Source: Eledone cirrhosa
Lineage: Eukaryota
Reading direction: 5' to 3'
DNA: 64,000 nt
NCBI GenBank assembly: GCA_964016885.1
Contig: OZ024743.1
Span: 325,624,001-325,688,000, forward strand
Shown: in pieces, positions 39,040-51,339 of the stretch
Layout of the letters: each line of letters opens with the position of its first letter
Position numbering within the stretch: the stretch's first letter is position 1
Translations under genes and position numbers: made by a program
The notes under the pieces: model-generated
What the model saw: the letters and a program-made list of their open reading frames with translations, nothing else
Database searches by the model: none
Told to the model about the DNA's origin: nothing

Positions 39040-41582
39040 TTAATGTGTTTTATCTTTTATCTTTTGCAGCATTGAAATTCAGAATCTAAAGAAAATCTTT
39101 CCCAACCGTCATCATATTACAATGAAGAAAAAAGACAATGACTTTCTCCAGAGAATTTGAAACAGTTTTCTCCACTGCACTGTAAGAGTCCTGCCATCTT
39201 GCTTGGCATAAATTAACAGCATTAAGACTGTGGCCGGCCATTGACTGTATAATGGCAATAGCAACATTACAGTTCTTGTTTGCTTCCAACAATCGATCAG
39301 AATAATTTGAGAAAGAAAACAAAAAATGAAAACAAACAAAATAAAGGTTGTTTGTTAACAGCTTGACCGATCTAATTGATGAGGTAAACGAATGAGAAGG
39401 ACGTAAGAAACAAAATCAATAAATATAACAAAAAAGAAAAAGGCCCAAAAACATGAAACAAAGAAGCTTGGTTGTATGTCCCCAGAAACAAGAAATATAG
39501 ATGGAGATAAATATAGATCGGTCTGATAACCTAGTTTGATTAAAAGAAAGAAAAAAACAACAAACAAATAAATGAAAAATCCAATAGAAATCAAGCTATT
39601 TCAAATATATTGGAATGAAAAGGTTCTACACTTGAGAAAGACAAAACGGACAAATACACATACACACATACGTAGATACACACTAGAATTTTCAAAGAAG
39701 ATCATAAAATTTCCAATAAATACAATATATAAAAAGCCCATGTTATACAGCAACAACTGGAGAAACAGAAATGATTCTTAACAAATATAAAAATATACTT
39801 TTCTGTCAGAATATGATGTAAATTTTTCCATTTCTTGAAAAGGCCAAATATTTGATTAAAAGAAGTATTTTTTCTGTACAATAATATAAAGTAAAATGGC
39901 AAAGTAATATATGAAATGACTGGCAGATAGAATCAGCAATGTAAAGACCAATGGAAACATAGTTTTCTTAGTCTGTTCTCACAATCGACTCCTTTACTTT
40001 CTGTATAGGAGAAACAGAAAGCAGCCTGTTCAGACAAAAGACTATACGTATGAGCAATCCAAAGAATTGCTTGAAGTAAATCTGTATGTGTAAGGAATAC
40101 AAAAACAATATTCTGATTAAAAGATGTGAGGAAACTAAAACATTATTCCTTTTAAACAGACATGGGTGATGAAAACAAACTACTACATTACTCATTTTGA
40201 GTCTACAGATGTAAAATAAAGAAAAAAAGCAATTCTATGCAAAGAGAACAAAACAATGTTTAAATAAATCCCATATACATATATGAAAAATATAACATAC
40301 ACTTATAAGAGAAGCAAAAATAATTAAAAAAACAAAATAATGTGGGATAGATACAAAGGAACAAGCTAAATGTATGTAACATTTATAAATTGAACCATCA
40401 GACTTATGTCACCTACTTTAGTTGCCTTAGTAGCAAAAGTATTACTTGAGAGAGATTTTTTATGAATTCCAAAAAGAACTAATAAATAATAATAAAAAAC
40501 AAAGACAAACAATAATAATAATATCTCTCACTGAAAAAATAAAATCAGTGTGTTTTATGAATTAAAAATATATTTAAAAATATATGTAATTAGAATTATA
40601 AGCTATAAACCATTTTACACACATACAAATAAGCAGCATGAACAAGAAAGTCAACTGAGAAAACAGTGATAACATTCACCTTGCAGTTACATGACTTCAT
40701 TTAAACAGAAACCTTACAAATAGAGTGGCAATCAGTTACAGAGGCTTTTACTGTATATAACAAGTCGACAGAACAACACAAGAGCTCAATATATACAATT
40801 TCCATTATATACATAAATATATATATTTCAATGAATATAATCACTGGATATGAAATCAAATAATCCTCACCAAATAAAATATTGGGTTAAATTATATAAT
40901 GCTACTTTATTTGAGTGACTTATCAAGTACTTCCAGAATATTATATTCAAGCTAAACATCTTTATACCAATTGGTATATATATATATCATCAATATAAAT
41001 AAACTCACAGCGAATACAACAGTTATATTGTCAATATAAATATTTGGTTTTAACCTGAGAGTACAAACAAAACAATATTTCAAACAGAAAAAAAATTATC
41101 AAACAGAAAATAAGAAATTTCATTAAACAAAGGAATTTAAGAAGATATCAAAGAAAATTTCTGTCTTTAAAACCATTTTTTCTTCTAGCATTTGTAAAAA
41201 AAAAAACATTTCAAAAAATTCTCAAAGGAAATGTATCTTCAACAAGAGACATTTGTGTAAATCATCAAATATTCATAAAAATAAAAAATTGTGAAGAAAA
41301 ACTGTTAAACAATGGAGATTTTTTTAGATACTATGAAACCAAGAAAAGAATTGTAGTAAAACAAAGAAGAAAATTATCAAAATCCAATGCTTTTATAAAT
41401 GTCAGAAACTATCCCTGAAACACACAAAAAATTATATTTAGAAATAATACCGCTGTTACTACTACTAATAATAATAATAGCAATAATAATAATAATCAAA
41501 AACAAAGTAATTTGTCAAAATTATGAAGAATTGAACTATTCTATTCATAAGGTGAATTTTGATTTGAGTAAATTGGTTCACA

Positions 41583-43493
41583 ATGACTACAAACTCAGTC
41601 TTATCGATGAAGGAGATGTTATGTCCCTTATGTGGCTGTGTTTATGATGAGCCACGGATGTTAGCTTGTCTACACAACTTCTGTATTAATTGTCTCATAG
41701 ATTATCTCTCACATACAACTGAAAAAAGCAAGCTAATCTGTCCCCAGTGCAAAATGGAAACAATGCTCGAGAGTTCAAGCTTAGAAAACTTGCCTATTAA
41801 TACTTTTGTTAAAAGGCAGATTAAAGAATATGGTCTTCTTCATGCAGCACCAATGCACTCTGATGCTGAAAATGAAAACAGGGAGCTGACAAAAATGAAC
41901 CTTCCCTCAACTGCTTCCTCTTTGTCCAGTGAAAGAGATGAGTCCATTGAGAAGAAGGAAGGCGACGAGAGTGAAGAGAGTCCAATGTCAGTGAGTAGCA
42001 ATGAAATGATCGACGATTCATACAACAGTACCATTGACAGTTTGCACAATAAATATCTGCAGCTGCAGACTAAAGCTCTGCAGGTCACTTATGCAATAGA
42101 CTCAGTCAACCAGTCAGTTGAAGACTGGAAAGAAAACCGATGTAGAGTTAAAGAAGACATCCAACGGCGATCCCAATACCTTCAAAGTCTGATTAGACTG
42201 TTGGAAAGAAAGCTGCTGTCAGAATTAGACAGTTCAACGCACATGAGTGAGATCATGAATGAAGTAACAAGCACAAAAGAAAAACTTCAAGATACACTAA
42301 AGTTGACTCTACACAACATACAGTTCATACGCCATCTAATCAACACAGGTTTACCAGACGATATTATGTGTTTGGGTAAATCTGTGTTGAAGATGAAGCC
42401 AGTCAGTTCAGAACAAGACATCAGCTTGCGATTCCCAGAGTATAAAGTTGCATGTAGTCACTTAAAACAGGAGAGCCACCTGGAGGAGATATTTGGAGAA
42501 CTATCAAAAACTTGGAAGCAAAAGGTTATCATGTCATCAGCAAGTGAGAATGTGGAGGTTGCACCTGCTGACCAGTTTCTCTCAGACAACCCAGCAGATC
42601 TTACACAGAGTATGTATATTGACAGAGAAAAACACACACAAGAAAGACAGTCAAAAGAAAACTCAGCAAAACTCAGTCCAAATTTATCATCAGCATTGTT
42701 AAAGAAGCGAAACTTGAATGATTCAGGAATAGGAAATAATTCCCAAGCATTTCTAACTGATGTTGAAAAAAATATTTATCTCAAATATGAAATGGCAAAA
42801 AAGAATGTTGAGAAACGACGTCGAGAGCTTGCAGTGAAACACATGATTGAAAACAAAAGTAGGTCATATGATGAGGTGGCTCCAATTAATTTTGGATCCA
42901 GTGATATCAAAATGCTAAAAGATCATGAAAATCTCAATTTTAACAAGAGAGAAGCAGAAACGAAATTCTCTGAGAAACTGGTGCATGCTGGGAGTGAGAT
43001 TCACTTCCCTGTAATGGATCAACAAAAGGAGAAAGATTTCAACAATGAGCAAACGTCACGAAGGTGGAGCAGTGATTCTCCCCTGATGGCAGCACAGGTG
43101 ACTATGGCCCGCAGTAAAGTGTCGGCAGTCCTTCGATCACAACCACTACGTAGCAACTCAGTCTCACCAAATATATGTGAAAACATAGCCGTCAGTCCCA
43201 CTGCCAAGAAGAGAAGTCCAACTAAGACAGAAGAAGTGGAGGGGATTGCTCCACAATGTCATGAAGGAAGTGTAATAGAAGACAGTGGTGATGGTGGTGG
43301 ATTGAAAGCTTTGTGGGATAACAGAGAAAATGAGAAGACGAGAGAGAATGAGGTGAAAATAAGAGAGAGGAGAAGCATTCTGGATTCTGACTCTGAAAAG
43401 GTGAAAAGAATGTCTCGAGACCTGTTCCAAGAAATCAAAGAGAATGCCCGACGCAAAAGCGAGCGATGGAGGTCTGTGTCAACATCACACTGA
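41583..43493 (+). CDS. RING finger (C3HC4) + coiled-coil protein, TRIM-like putative E3 ubiquitin ligase without B-box; uninterrupted ORF
   Basis: 636-aa open frame in AT-rich DNA; CPLC..YDEPRMLACLHNFCINCL..ICPQC followed by LPINTFVK; BBC-like coiled coil at about aa 150-270; A at -3 of the ATG. Confidence 0.9.
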   Translation: MTTNSVLSMKEMLCPLCGCVYDEPRMLACLHNFCINCLIDYLSHTTEKSKLICPQCKMETMLESSSLENLPINTFVKRQIKEYGLLHAAPMHSDAENENRELTKMNLPSTASSLSSERDESIEKKEGDESEESPMSVSSNEMIDDSYNSTIDSLHNKYLQLQTKALQVTYAIDSVNQSVEDWKENRCRVKEDIQRRSQYLQSLIRLLERKLLSELDSSTHMSEIMNEVTSTKEKLQDTLKLTLHNIQFIRHLINTGLPDDIMCLGKSVLKMKPVSSEQDISLRFPEYKVACSHLKQESHLEEIFGELSKTWKQKVIMSSASENVEVAPADQFLSDNPADLTQSMYIDREKHTQERQSKENSAKLSPNLSSALLKKRNLNDSGIGNNSQAFLTDVEKNIYLKYEMAKKNVEKRRRELAVKHMIENKSRSYDEVAPINFGSSDIKMLKDHENLNFNKREAETKFSEKLVHAGSEIHFPVMDQQKEKDFNNEQTSRRWSSDSPLMAAQVTMARSKVSAVLRSQPLRSNSVSPNICENIAVSPTAKKRSPTKTEEVEGIAPQCHEGSVIEDSGDGGGLKALWDNRENEKTRENEVKIRERRSILDSDSEKVKRMSRDLFQEIKENARRKSERWRSVSTSH

Positions 43494-44100
43494 GAGAAGC
43501 AAGTGGGGTCATTGTGTCACCATTATGATAATATGTGAAGCCTTATGTTAGCACCACATTCAGCTGTGTGTCTGCCAACATCTCATTCAACTGTGGAACT
43601 TCATATCTGTCAACAGCACATTGAGCTGCAGAACTTTATATCAATCACACTGAGCTGTAGAGATCTCTGTTTGTCAACATCATTGTGGACTGTAAAGGCA
43701 TTTGTCAACATCGCTGTAGACTGTAAAGACATTTGTCAACATCACTGTGGACTGTAAAGGCATTTGTCAACATCATTATGGACTGTAAAGGCATTAGTCA
43801 ACATCATTGTAAAGGCATTTGTCAACATCACTGCGGACTGTAAAGGCATTTGTCAATATGATATGTGGATTGTGGAGTTATTAGTCAACATGATTGTGGA
43901 GTTATTTGTCAACATAATTGTGGATTGTGGAGTTATTTGTTAACATAATTGTGGATTGTGGAGTTATTTGTCAACATAATTGTGGACTGAGGAGTTATTT
44001 GTCAACATCATTGTGGACTGAATACATTTGTCAACTGTAAATTGTGGATTCATTTATCAACATTAATATGAACTGAGAAAATGTGTGTCTATCAACATAA
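43475..44100 (+). repeat. ~30-bp minisatellite (TTTGTCAACATCAYTGTGGACTGTAAAGGCA) in the putative 3'UTR
   Basis: TGTCAACAT recurs >15 times with graded divergence. Confidence 0.85.
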
Positions 44101-44175
44101 CCACACTTCCCAGTAACTAATATTATGCTTGGTAAATTCAGCTATGGATAATGTTTTCCTATTTACATATTTGGA

Positions 44176-44181
44176 AATAAA
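44176..44181 (+). promoter_or_regulatory. candidate polyadenylation signal for the RING gene
   Basis: First AATAAA I noticed after the stop and minisatellite; weak evidence in AT-rich DNA. Confidence 0.35.
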
Positions 44182-44945
44182 CAAAATAATATATATATAT
44201 ATGATTCATGTCTACCAAGTTCATGGTGTGGTACATATCTCAAATTATAGTTAACACAATTACTTTGATTTAGCTTTGCTTGATCCAGAATCACTTAAAC
44301 TGATATTTATCCAGATCTATTAGATTTGATGTTTTGGTTTGACAGATCATTTTCACTTCTCACTTCATCAGCATCTAAGATGTCCATGATTATAATTTGA
44401 TTCATTATCCACCAGATCATCTTGGCTCAACTTGTACTACTACTGTCAATCAGAATCTTCATAACTCAATTCTATTGATGGCTGAATATCAACCACATTG
44501 AGCTTACTATTTTGAGAAGGCCTGCAAAGTTCTTGGGCAATAGCCCTCCTCTTCAAAATAAAAAAAAAATAAGTACAAACACACATACATATATGCATTC
44601 AGTCTATGCAAACAAAGATCTCAGTACACCTGTACTTGTGCCTACCTGAATCATCTATCAGCTCAACTCAGCTCAGCCCACCTCACTTTGTTGTCTAGAT
44701 GTTCTTCAATTTGCTTTAGTTCATTTCTGCCTGGAAATTGTCAGTTTTAGCTAAATCTGTATCACTTAGATACATGTCTCAATTCTTCTGCTCAGCTTGG
44801 TTTATTGCCTACTAGGAAACTATTGGTCAGCCTCACATTGATCTATGTTTAACTTAGCTATGACAAACTTCAAAGATGAACTCAGTTTCAACAGTAGCTA
44901 TCAGGAGCATGACATAGTTTTAATTTGAGCTGCTAAAGTGCTTAA

Positions 44946-45169
44946 CTCTTAACGCCCTGTATCACATAAAGCCACATTAGCAAGATATTCTAAAAAAAAA
45001 ATAGTACAAAAAGAGTATTTTGACTGCATCACATTAAAATATTAAAATTTTACTCTACTAACTATAGAAATTCACAACGATCTGTCTACTAGTAAAGATA
45101 CTATAAACATTTGAATTAACAAACCAGTTTTTAGATATTTTCTGCTAAATCATTCCAAGATGTTAAGAG
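44946..45169 (+). mobile_element. TTAA-flanked MITE with CTCTTAAC terminal inverted repeats
   Basis: TTAA-CTCTTAACGCCCTG ... CAAGATGTTAAGAG-TTAA. Confidence 0.7.
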
Positions 45170-46672
45170 TTAAAGTGAATTGCTGAAATCAAGATGTCAC
45201 ATGACAAACTACCAGTAGAAAACAAAGGAAGTGAGTTGATCTAAATTACATTTTAGGATTTGGATATCGTTAACCCTACCGTTCTCACAGTTTACCAAAA
45301 CATGACCTCCTTAAAATTTCACATTTGTATAATTCCAAGGAATGGACAGAACAAAATATTTGAAATTATGTTAAAAATCATAATTAGTTTCATTAACAAA
45401 CTGTTGAATATATCCATGGATAACATATGATAATGTGTGTGTCTGTGTCTTTAATATGTGTATGTGTGTCTATAACGTGTGTGCATGTATATGTGCCCTG
45501 TTGTGGTATGTATGTATGTCTGTTGCAACGTGTGTGTGTGCATCAGTGCATGTGTGTGTATTATTGGCTTCATTATTCATTATTGCTAAAGTGCAAAGCT
45601 TAGATTTTAGGGGAAATCATTCAATATGTATCAGTGATTTCAGTCTTCCTTCCTGTCTGTATGTGTGTGTGTGTGTTACAATTATAAGTTTAATAAACTC
45701 ATGACCCTTATCATGTGCATGTGCATACACAAACACACATACACGTACACAATAACAACAACATATTAACTTTGTTCAAAGTTTCAAAGTTCTAAAATAA
45801 AACTACACCCCCCACCCCTACCCCAAAAATAAAACAATGACAACACCTGGCCCAAAACACATCAGATAGGCTTCTGAACTTAAAAACATATTATTAGTGC
45901 TGTGGCCTCTAATTAGAGGGCACACAAACACAATTATTGGTTTCCAAATGTAATATTGGAAAGAAACAATGCTAAAGACTAAGAGCTATATGTGTATGAT
46001 CACGGAAAATTGCATTCATAATGTGCCCTTCATTACTATCTGAAGACCTTTATTTCTAGTTGAAGCCCTTGGATTATTATCTAAAGCCCTTGATTCCTAG
46101 TTGAAACGCTTCATTATTATCTGAAGTTCTTGATTCCTAGTTAAAGCCCTTCATTTCTAGTTAAGTCCTTCATTATTATCTAAAAACCTTGATACCTAGT
46201 TGAAGACCTTTCACTTCATTCATATTTATTATAGGCCATGACCTTCAGAAGAAAATACAAACCTTCAATATCACACACAATAACACATTAAACTCTCCTT
46301 CGCATCCTATCTATAAATTGTACAAATCTTAATACTTGGATGCAAGTCAAAATCAATATTAATGTTGAAATTATTGATACAAAAAAAGAAGGTAATTCAA
46401 AAAGAAAAAATGAAAAGCCAAACAGAAAATTGTTTGCATACAACATATGTCTAGAATGCACATTTCAATGTCATCAATCAAACTTGCACACACAAACACA
46501 TATAAAACTATTTACACATTATGTGCATGCATATACTGATATACATACACATGTATGTGTGTGTATATATATACATACACACACATATATACACTTGTTA
46601 GCGTGGAAAAATGGACGTTAAACAGTGATGGTGATGACACACACATATATATACACACACACATACACATGA

Positions 46673-46718
<46 letters not shown>

Positions 46719-47619
46719 TCATATATAAATGGAATCTAAGTTGATGATTAAAATATTTGATATCCTCAGCAGCTTCAACCTTTCTCATTCAACAGACTAT
46801 CAGTAACCTGGTGGTAGATTTAAAATGAAAGACTGGTATTCTTTAACTCAAATATGTGAATAACAGTGTGTGTGTGATAAACGGAGAAGATGCTGCTGGC
46901 ATATGCCAAGGATTGTGACCAGTAGATAATATCTGCAATGGAAAAACTAATGAAAACATAGTTTCCTTGGTCCAATCTGATGATCAGCTTCTTTCTTTTT
47001 AATAAATGGAAGAAAAGAGACTCTACCAAAATCCCAAAGTATCAACTTTACTACATGATTTCAGACAAAACTTCTTGCTAAAAAATTTTGCCAAACAAAT
47101 GAATGATTTACAATACAAAACAAAATATTTTAGGATAACTGACATTGAACCAAATTACAAGAGCTGATATTTTAATTAAATATAATATAGAATGTAAAAG
47201 CTAAGGGTCGATAAATATAGTACCAATCCAGTAGCAGTGTCAAAAATAATGACCACTGAATATTTCAAAGAGAGCAAGGAAAAGAAAGAATTTAAAAAAA
47301 TCAAATAATGATGCTGGAACTAAGATTGTAATATAAATACTGAATCGATCCATAAATGCAGAGAACAAAGATATTTTTCTCTATAGGCAAAGAAGAGATA
47401 AAGAGGGCAAGTGTAATTAATAATGCCACATAAAGTGATGAAAGGACTTTGGCAATTAATTAATTAGGTGATTAACCTTCTCATTGATGGATTAATTACC
47501 TGATTAACCATAATTTCGATTGGCACCATGACCCGCCCAAAATACAAAAATATTTAAAAATTTATTTTTCCAAAGTAGCTTATGAACAAAATTTGAAGAG
47601 CAAAATATTCACAGATATT

Positions 47620-48295
47620 TCTATAGATTGCTGGATGTATATACAACATATATTACTGAGCGAGTGTATATATAACAGATACTGCTGGTGCCAGTGTATA
47701 TATAACAGATATTGAAATGCATTTCTGGAGCCGGTGTACAAACAACTGATGTATATATATACCTAGACTGCTGGAGCAAATGTATATTCCACAGATGTTG
47801 GAGCCAGTGTAAATATATATATATATATATATCAGTTCTGTATGAGCAAGACATGGTCACCTGACCTAACATAGCCCACAATAGGACAACTCGTCTAACC
47901 CATGCCAGCATGGAAAAACGATGATGATGATATATATAACAGATGTTGCTGGAGTAAGTGTATATACAACAGATATTGACATGGATTGCTGGTGCTAGTG
48001 TATATACAACTGATATATATATATATATATAGGAACAAGTATGACCCCGACGGCAGAGCTCAAACCATTTCGACGGCTAATTCTGGACTCTGACTGAGTC
48101 CAGAATTAGCCATCGAAACGGCTTGAGCTCTGCCGTCGGGGTCATACTTGTTCCTATTACCCACTCTACTACCTTAAGTATTGAGTACTTTGGTGCGTTA
48201 TGGTCCATCTGGTTCCTTACCACATTTCCTTCATTATATATATATATATATATATATACCTGGATTGCTGGAGCAAGTCTATATACAACAGATGT
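47620..48295. repeat. degenerate ~30-bp tandem repeat (CAGATATTGCTGGAGCCAGTGTATATA) interrupted by an RTE tail (47832-47932) and a palindrome
   Basis: GCTGGAGC/GCTGGTGC + GTATATA + ACAGAT recurring. Confidence 0.7.
48029..48235 (+). mobile_element. Penelope-type terminal fragment: 62-bp-arm palindrome with hammerhead 3' half
   Basis: Arms 48029-48090 and 48096-48157 with 3 mismatches; right arm has CGAA-ACGGC-ttgagctct-GCCGT-C-GGGGTC; TA runs on both sides. Confidence 0.55.
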
Positions 48296-49134
48296 ATTTC
48301 TTATTATTGATAATCATTTCTTGACTCTAAAATAATGGCCATACTTTTCAGCTAGACATCTATGTTTTATGTAAGAAATAAAATACAAGATGTAACATTA
48401 ACAACCAGATTAAAAGTTGGTTATGATCTGTAACAACTAACAAGCCTCTTTAGGCCATTCTCTCTGCTAAAGCAGGGGTTAGCCTTGGGAGCCTCATGAT
48501 AGGTTTCATACTCATCATGGGATCCTCTTTAAGGCAGTGTTTTACAGCCAGCTGCTCTTCCTAATGTCAGTTCTTTAGTCACCTCTGATATATGACATGC
48601 ATGGATACAGTGTATTTTTTCTAAATATTCCAAATACACAAAGTTATGCTCTGTTAATTGAAATGAAAGATAGAAAATGATGAATGAAATTACACAAAAT
48701 GACCCTTAAAACAGTATGATTGTTAAACACAGGTCTCACAAATGGATAGACTGAAAACAAACAAACAAACAAAAATCTGATGATATTGTTTATACAAAAT
48801 CATTGATAATATTGATAACTGATCTGTATAGAAAGATACCTTTTTTTCTCAGATTTTCGATATAAAAGGTTTTGCTTTTATTATATATTTTTTGACATTG
48901 AGAAAAAAAGGAAGAGAGAATTATATGGAATACAAGAAAGAAATCTGGAAAATGATTTGATTTAAAAAACTATTATGTATTATGCTAATGTATATATTAT
49001 TATATATATTTTTATAACATGAATTTCATAGGATTCTCCAACAACTACCAAGCTACCATAATATATATACATATATATACTATGTAACTATACCTAACAA
49101 TATAAAAACAAACAATTCATCAATTTTGGATCTG

Positions 49135-49225
49135 CATGTAGCCTTGTGGAACATGTAGCCTTGTGGGACATGTAGCCTTGAGAAACATGTAGCCTTGTGG
49201 AACATGTAGCCTTATTGAACATGTA
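49135..49225. repeat. 17-bp tandem repeat CATGTAGCCTTGTGGAA, ~5 copies
   Basis: Direct reading. Confidence 0.85.
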
Positions 49226-49439
49226 TGTACCATCATTGAACATTTGGATATGGTTTCAATACCATCAAAGGACACAAAATATGTTATCCACATATTAAAA
49301 ATAAGATGTAAACTAAAACAAAAAAATACCTATGTACAAGGAGACAAATCAGCAACTGTGTAACTAATAAAAGAATTATTAAATATTTAAATTGTTTTAT
49401 TTTATTTATTTCGCTCTCTCTATCTATCTATCTATCCAT

Positions 49440-50535
49440 CTTCGTGTTTAGGAAGGCAGTTAGCAAGTGAGAGAGAAATGCCATGCAGCAGGACTGAACT
49501 ACTTGAAGGATGAAATAGGAAAAATTGTTGTAGACTTGGATGGAATTAAAGAAAGATTGAAGAGACATGGAGTGATTGTTGAATGTTGAGAATGAATGGA
49601 ATGGCACCTTAGAAAGCAATCCAGTTCTTGGACTGGTAGAGGAGGTAACTGAGGAAGCATTGTGAAAGATGAAGAGTGGAAGGGCAGGTGGGCTGACAGG
49701 AATTGTGGGAGATATGTTAAAGGCATTGGGAAGTTGGTGTGTGAAGAGAATGACAGAGATGTGTAGTTTGGTGAGAAAGAAGACCATATTCCACTGGATT
49801 AGAAGTCGAGTACTATCCTTCTGTGCAAGAGGGAAAGCGACCCTCTAGACTGTGGCTCATATAGAGCAATTAAGTTATTGGAACATTGGATGATGGTATT
49901 GGAAAGAGTGTTAGAGGGTAAGGAGTAAAGTGAAGATTGATGAAAAGCAGTTTGGACTTGCGCTGGGAAAAGGAATGACTGATGTAAATTTTATTTGTTT
50001 TGGGGGTTTGTTGATCTGGAGAAAGCTTTTGCTAAGGTTTCACATGAAGTAGTGACACAGAGAGAGTTAGGAGTGGAGGAATGGTTAGAGTAGTAATGAC
50101 AATGTATGAGAAAGTGTGTACAATCATAAAGATGAAGGAGTGGAACAGTGATGAGATTAAAATAAAGGTTGGAGTGCATTAGGGATCAGTATTAAGCCCA
50201 CTACTATTTATAGTTGAGAATATAAAGGAGGATTTACCAAGGGGGTTGCTGTATCCAGATGACCTGGTATTAATAGTTGAGAGTATGGATGGACTTCAAC
50301 TATGTTGAAGACTTCACTGATGGTGCCATGATAAAATGGATCTAGTACATTCTAAAAGGGTTGGTGATAGGAAGGACATCTAATCATAGACATCATGTTT
50401 AAATGAATAAGTAAGCTGTGGTTCTCTGACTGGTCTAGGAATGCAGCAATGCCAAATAAAAACTGGCTTAGTCAGAACAGTCCATTCAACTGATGCCAGC
50501 ATGAAAAGTGAATATATGATGATGATGATGATGGG
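49440..50535 (+). mobile_element. old, heavily decayed RTE LINE
   Basis: Remnants encoding MKSGRAGG, SYRAIKLLEH, QFG, FVDLEKAF, GVH-GSVLSPLLFI, LLYPDDLVLI; (GAT)n tail. Confidence 0.75.
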
Positions 50536-51339
50536 TGGGTGTGTGAGTGTTTTCCATTAGTGGTTATATTTGTAATTTAAACCATCTGTATGTGGCCAGA
50601 ATTCTCTGGTCGTAACTCATACTGATGTTAAGGTATTGTTCTCAAAATAAATATTATCAAAATCTCATAGATTCGATATTATGTGAGGTAAAGCCTTTAC
50701 CGTGAAAATACAATAGTAAATATAGAGTTATGTAAATGCTAAAGGGTTAATGTGCACATATATGTACATGTAAGCAAGTATGTGTGTTTCTGTATGTGTG
50801 CATATAAGCTAGTATATGTGTGTGTTTGCATATAAGCAAGTATGTGTGTGAGAGAGAGGGGCAAAGAAATAGATAAAGTGTGTGTGTGTGTGAAAGAGAG
50901 ATAAGGAAGAACAGAAAAGAAGGTGATGTGGGTGATGAGAGATAGATACAAAAACCCATTAAAGTGAATGTATGTGTGTGTGTGCATGAATGCAGGTGTC
51001 TGTGTATATGTGTGTACATGTCTCTATGTGTATATGAGTCCATGTGTGTGTTGTACATTTGTTTATCTATATATGTGTGTGTGTGTGTGCATGAATGCAG
51101 GTGTCTGTGTATGTGTGTACATGTCTCTATGTGTATATGAGTCCATGTGTGTGTTGTACATGTGTCTATATCTATATATGTGCATGTATATGTATGTTTG
51201 TGTGTGTGTCGGTGTGTGTATGTTTAAATGTATTCAAATTTCAGTGTCGCTTAGATTGTATGTATTCACTAGATAATGGTGGGGGGGGGGGGGGGGGTGA
51301 AGTATGTATGTACCATACAGAAGAGAAGGTTTAATAGGG

